From: a virus
Lineage: Duplodnaviria > Caudoviricetes
Virus record (IMG/VR): IMGVR_UViG_3300044646_001050
Location: 1 to 29,200 of that record
Reading direction: 5' to 3' (one strand)
DNA: 29,200 nt
Part shown: positions 26,716-29,200 of the stretch, one piece after another
Position numbering within the stretch: the stretch's first letter is position 1
Layout: each line of letters begins with the position of its first letter
The notes under the pieces: generated by a model
What the model saw: only the letters and a program-made list of their open reading frames with translations
The model's database searches: none
Told to the model about the DNA's origin: nothing
Position numbers and translations under genes: made by a program

Positions 26716-28490
26716 GTATAACCATTAAAGAATTAACCGTCAAGAATTTTATGTCGGTTGGTAATCAGACACAGGCAGTAAACTTCACAGCAGAAAATTT
26801 AACACTAGTTCTAGGTGAAAACCTAGATCAAGGTGGTGATGATTCTGGCTCAAGAAATGGTACTGGAAAAACTACCATCGTTAATGCATTAAGTTTTGCA
26901 TTGTATGGTGTTGCATTAACCAATATTAAAAAAGATAACTTAATTAATAAAATCAATAATAAAAATATGTTGGTTACATTAACATTATCTAAAGATGGTA
27001 CTGATTATAAGATTGAACGTGGTAGAAAACCTGCTATATTAAACTTTATTAATGTTAGTGATCCAATAAAAAATCAAGAAAGTGATAGTCAAGGGGAATC
27101 AAAAGATACTCAAGAAGATATCAACGATTTATTAGGAATGAGCCATGATATGTTTAAGCATATCTTAGCATTGAATACCTATTCTGAACCGTTTTTATCA
27201 ATGAGAGCTGGTGATCAACGTGCCATAATTGAACAACTGTTAGGTATTACCCTGTTAAGTGAAAAAGCAGATACCCTTGGAAAAGAGATTAAGAAAACTA
27301 AAGACTTGATATTCCAAGAAAAAGCAAACCTAGAAGCCACACAGAAAGCCAATGAAAAAATTCAACAAAGTATTGATACATTGGTGATGAGTCAACGTGC
27401 TTGGAATGCTAAACACAAGGCTGATTTAGAGAAAATTGCTAAATCCATAGTAGAACTTGAAAGCCTTAATATTGAAAAAGAAATTCAAGCACATTCAGAT
27501 GTTAAAATTTATAACGAACAATATGCTAAAATTAAAAGCTTGTCAAAAGAAAAGGCAACCTTGGATTCTGCAATCACACAAGCATATAAAACATTATCCA
27601 AATATGTGAATGATTATGAAACATTACAATCAAAAAAATGTCCAGCATGTGATCAAGATTTACATGACCACAAACATGATGAAATGATAGCAACTGCTAA
27701 TACTAATGTTATTGAATCTCAAAAATATTACGATAAAGTAGTATCGGAATTAACTTTAATTTCAGATGAATTATCGAGCATTCAAAATATAGGATTACAA
27801 CCTGAAACATTTTATGATACATTAGAAGAAGCACTTAAACACCAGAATAATTTGTCAACATTAACAGCCCAATTAAATGTGAAAGCCGTTGAAGTCAACC
27901 CATATGATGATCAAATCATTGAATTGAAAAGTGAAGCATTACAAGAAATTAATTGGGATATTATCAACGATTTGAATAAACTAAAAGATCACCAAGATTT
28001 TTTACAAAAACTATTGACTAATAAAGATAGTTTTATTCGTAAAAAAATCATTGATCAAAACTTATCGTATTTGAATAATCGATTAACTTATTACTTAGAT
28101 AAAATGGGTTTACCACATACTGTAGTATTTCAAAATGATTTATCGGTTGAAATTACACAACTTGGTCAGGAGTTAGATTTTTTTAATCTTAGTCGAGGAG
28201 AAATGACTAGAGTTACTCTAGGGCTAAGTTTCGCATTCCGCGATGTTTACGAAAGCTTGTATTCATCTATTAGTTTATTGTTCATCGATGAATTAGTTGA
28301 TAATGGATTGGATGCAAATGGTGTAGAAAATGCAATCGGTATTATGAAAAAAATTGCAAGAGAACGAAACAAAAATGTATTTTTGATTAGTCATAAAGAT
28401 GAATTAGCAAGCAGAGTTAATAATGTATTAAAAGTTGTTAAGGAAAATGGTTATACTTCATACGCAACCGACCTTGAAATTATAGAATAA
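26712..28490 (+). CDS. gp46: Recombination ATPase subunit, Rad50/SbcC-like (T4 gp46)
   Basis: KNFMSVGN; Walker A NGTGKT; coiled coils around zinc hook CPAC; signature LSRGE; Walker B/D-loop LFIDELVDNGLD; H-loop ISH. Confidence 0.96.
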   Translation: MSITIKELTVKNFMSVGNQTQAVNFTAENLTLVLGENLDQGGDDSGSRNGTGKTTIVNALSFALYGVALTNIKKDNLINKINNKNMLVTLTLSKDGTDYKIERGRKPAILNFINVSDPIKNQESDSQGESKDTQEDINDLLGMSHDMFKHILALNTYSEPFLSMRAGDQRAIIEQLLGITLLSEKADTLGKEIKKTKDLIFQEKANLEATQKANEKIQQSIDTLVMSQRAWNAKHKADLEKIAKSIVELESLNIEKEIQAHSDVKIYNEQYAKIKSLSKEKATLDSAITQAYKTLSKYVNDYETLQSKKCPACDQDLHDHKHDEMIATANTNVIESQKYYDKVVSELTLISDELSSIQNIGLQPETFYDTLEEALKHQNNLSTLTAQLNVKAVEVNPYDDQIIELKSEALQEINWDIINDLNKLKDHQDFLQKLLTNKDSFIRKKIIDQNLSYLNNRLTYYLDKMGLPHTVVFQNDLSVEITQLGQELDFFNLSRGEMTRVTLGLSFAFRDVYESLYSSISLLFIDELVDNGLDANGVENAIGIMKKIARERNKNVFLISHKDELASRVNNVLKVVKENGYTSYATDLEIIE

Positions 28491-28510
28491 ATTATTTTTT
28501 CGAATTTATT

Positions 28511-28540
28511 AAAATAGGGCTTGACAAGCCCTATTTTTTT
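28511..28540 (+). terminator. Rho-independent terminator after gp46 (possibly bidirectional)
   Basis: AAAATAGGGCTT-gac-AAGCCCTATTTT perfect 12-bp inverted repeat ending in T7, 20 nt after the gp46 stop. Confidence 0.88.
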
Positions 28541-28549
28541 GTGTATAAT
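28521..28549 (+). promoter_or_regulatory. Consensus sigma70 promoter superimposed on the terminator
   Basis: TTGACA (28521-28526, hairpin apex), 17-nt spacer, TATAAT (28544-28549). Confidence 0.85.
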
Positions 28550-28556
28550 GCTTTGT

Positions 28557-28910
28557 ATGGGTAGAAAAGTTGAACCAAAACAAGATTACGCACCGAGAGT
28601 TTATAGCTGGCAGTTAGAGCAGATTCCAACTGATGATGAAATTCACGATAAATTAATTCATGCTTTCCAACAATATTATAAAGCTAATTTGCATTGGATC
28701 CAAGCCGGTACTAAACGTTCTGGCCAAGATGCAAGATATTGGTTAAATGAAATTAACATCCTTTCTAAACAACAACGTAAAGTTATTTTAGAATGGCTTA
28801 ATAAAATTAAAGATAAAACCAATAAAGATAGAAGTTTTAAATCAACTTCTAGAAAACAACGTAAACTTTTACAGATTCAAGGTAGGGTGAACCCATCGGA
28901 AGATAACTAA
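28557..28910 (+). CDS. Small basic protein, possibly Hc1 (histone H1-like) family; probably leaderless; ~117 aa
   Basis: The ORF-track start (TTG 28521) is the -35 box and ATG 28548 overlaps the -10 box, so ATG 28557 is preferred. AGTKRSGQDARYWLNEINILSKQQRKVILE resembles the Hc1 motif GNKAAGTRARK...E..KL.K..RK; K/R-rich tail. Confidence 0.6.
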   Translation: MGRKVEPKQDYAPRVYSWQLEQIPTDDEIHDKLIHAFQQYYKANLHWIQAGTKRSGQDARYWLNEINILSKQQRKVILEWLNKIKDKTNKDRSFKSTSRKQRKLLQIQGRVNPSEDN

Positions 28911-28923
28911 ATAATTCCACCAA

Positions 28924-28977
28924 TATAACTTCCAAAGATAAATACATTTATTATAAAATAGTATATTGGAGGTTATA
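28924..28977 (+). promoter_or_regulatory. SD-sequestering RNA hairpin upstream of the GIY-YIG gene
   Basis: TATAACTTCCAA (28924-28935) pairs with TTGGAGGTTATA (28966-28977): 12 bp with one G.U, covering SD GGAGG up to the base before ATG 28978. Confidence 0.8.
28937..28944 (+). promoter_or_regulatory. Late promoter (GATAAATA) inside the hairpin loop
   Basis: Same octamer as 1352-1359; a transcript from ~28950 would lack the 5' arm. Confidence 0.7.
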
Positions 28978-29200
28978 ATGGATTATGGACACTGGTTATT
29001 TAATGTTGAATTTACTACTGATGAATGGTTCGGTTTTATCTATAAAATTACAGAACTTGATACTGGGCGTGAATATATTGGTAAGAAACAATTTTTTAAT
29101 ACTACTCGAAAAATTGTTAAAGGTAAGAAAAATAGAAAAAAAGTAATTTCTGAATCAAATTGGAAAGTTTATACAGGTTCATCTGAGCATCTAAATTCTC
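28978..29200 (+). CDS. GIY-YIG family endonuclease (Seg-like), 5' part, truncated by the window end; not in the ORF track
   Basis: Translated by hand: MDYGHWLFNVEFTTDEWFGFIYKITELDTGREYIGKKQFFNTTRKIVKGKKNRKKVISESNWKVYTGSSEHLNS...; GFIY-x10-YIG motif; strong SD GGAGG. Confidence 0.88.
   Translation, partial: MDYGHWLFNVEFTTDEWFGFIYKITELDTGREYIGKKQFFNTTRKIVKGKKNRKKVISESNWKVYTGSSEHLNS

Noticed and set aside
28486-28510. Inverted repeat AATAAATT / AATTTATT after the gp46 stop
   Set aside because: All-AT 8-bp stem, plausible by chance at this composition; the adjacent GC-containing hairpin is the credible terminator.
28521-28556. ORF-track N-terminal extension MTSPIFLCIMLC
   Set aside because: It is the translated terminator/promoter sequence; the TTG start is the -35 box.
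1-29200. CRISPR array, tRNA or rRNA genes; intragenic ATAAATA hits as promoters
   Set aside because: Intergenic gaps are all under ~135 nt and show no such structure. ATAAATA is common by chance in AT-rich DNA, so only positionally supported copies were reported.

Overview
AT-rich segment of a large T4-like myovirus (likely a jumbo phage), standard genetic code. Positions 1-23963 (minus strand) are a tightly coupled contractile-tail baseplate module. In transcription order it encodes a tube initiator, LysM gp53-like wedge, hub, gp5-like spike, gp25, gp6-like wedge, a 4524-aa multidomain wedge/adhesin, a collar-type protein and a partial tail fibre. Positions 24046-29200 (mainly plus strand) encode a gp55-type late sigma factor with a large insertion, an antisense freestanding HNH endonuclease, gp47/gp46 (Mre11/Rad50), an Hc1-like basic protein and a partial GIY-YIG endonuclease. 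The most interesting signal is in the short intergenic regions. (i) A two-hairpin element covers the HNH translation start; it folds better on the antisense strand and lies between a late-promoter motif hidden in HNH codons 2-4 and a U-rich tail, so it is a candidate cis-antisense RNA. (ii) A T4-style SD-sequestering hairpin with a late promoter in its loop precedes the GIY-YIG gene. (iii) A terminator carries a perfect sigma70 -35 box at its apex and apparently drives a leaderless gene. (iv) Early and late promoters abut or overlap at gp55 and gp47. All family calls come from motif recognition by eye; no searches or folding programs were run.
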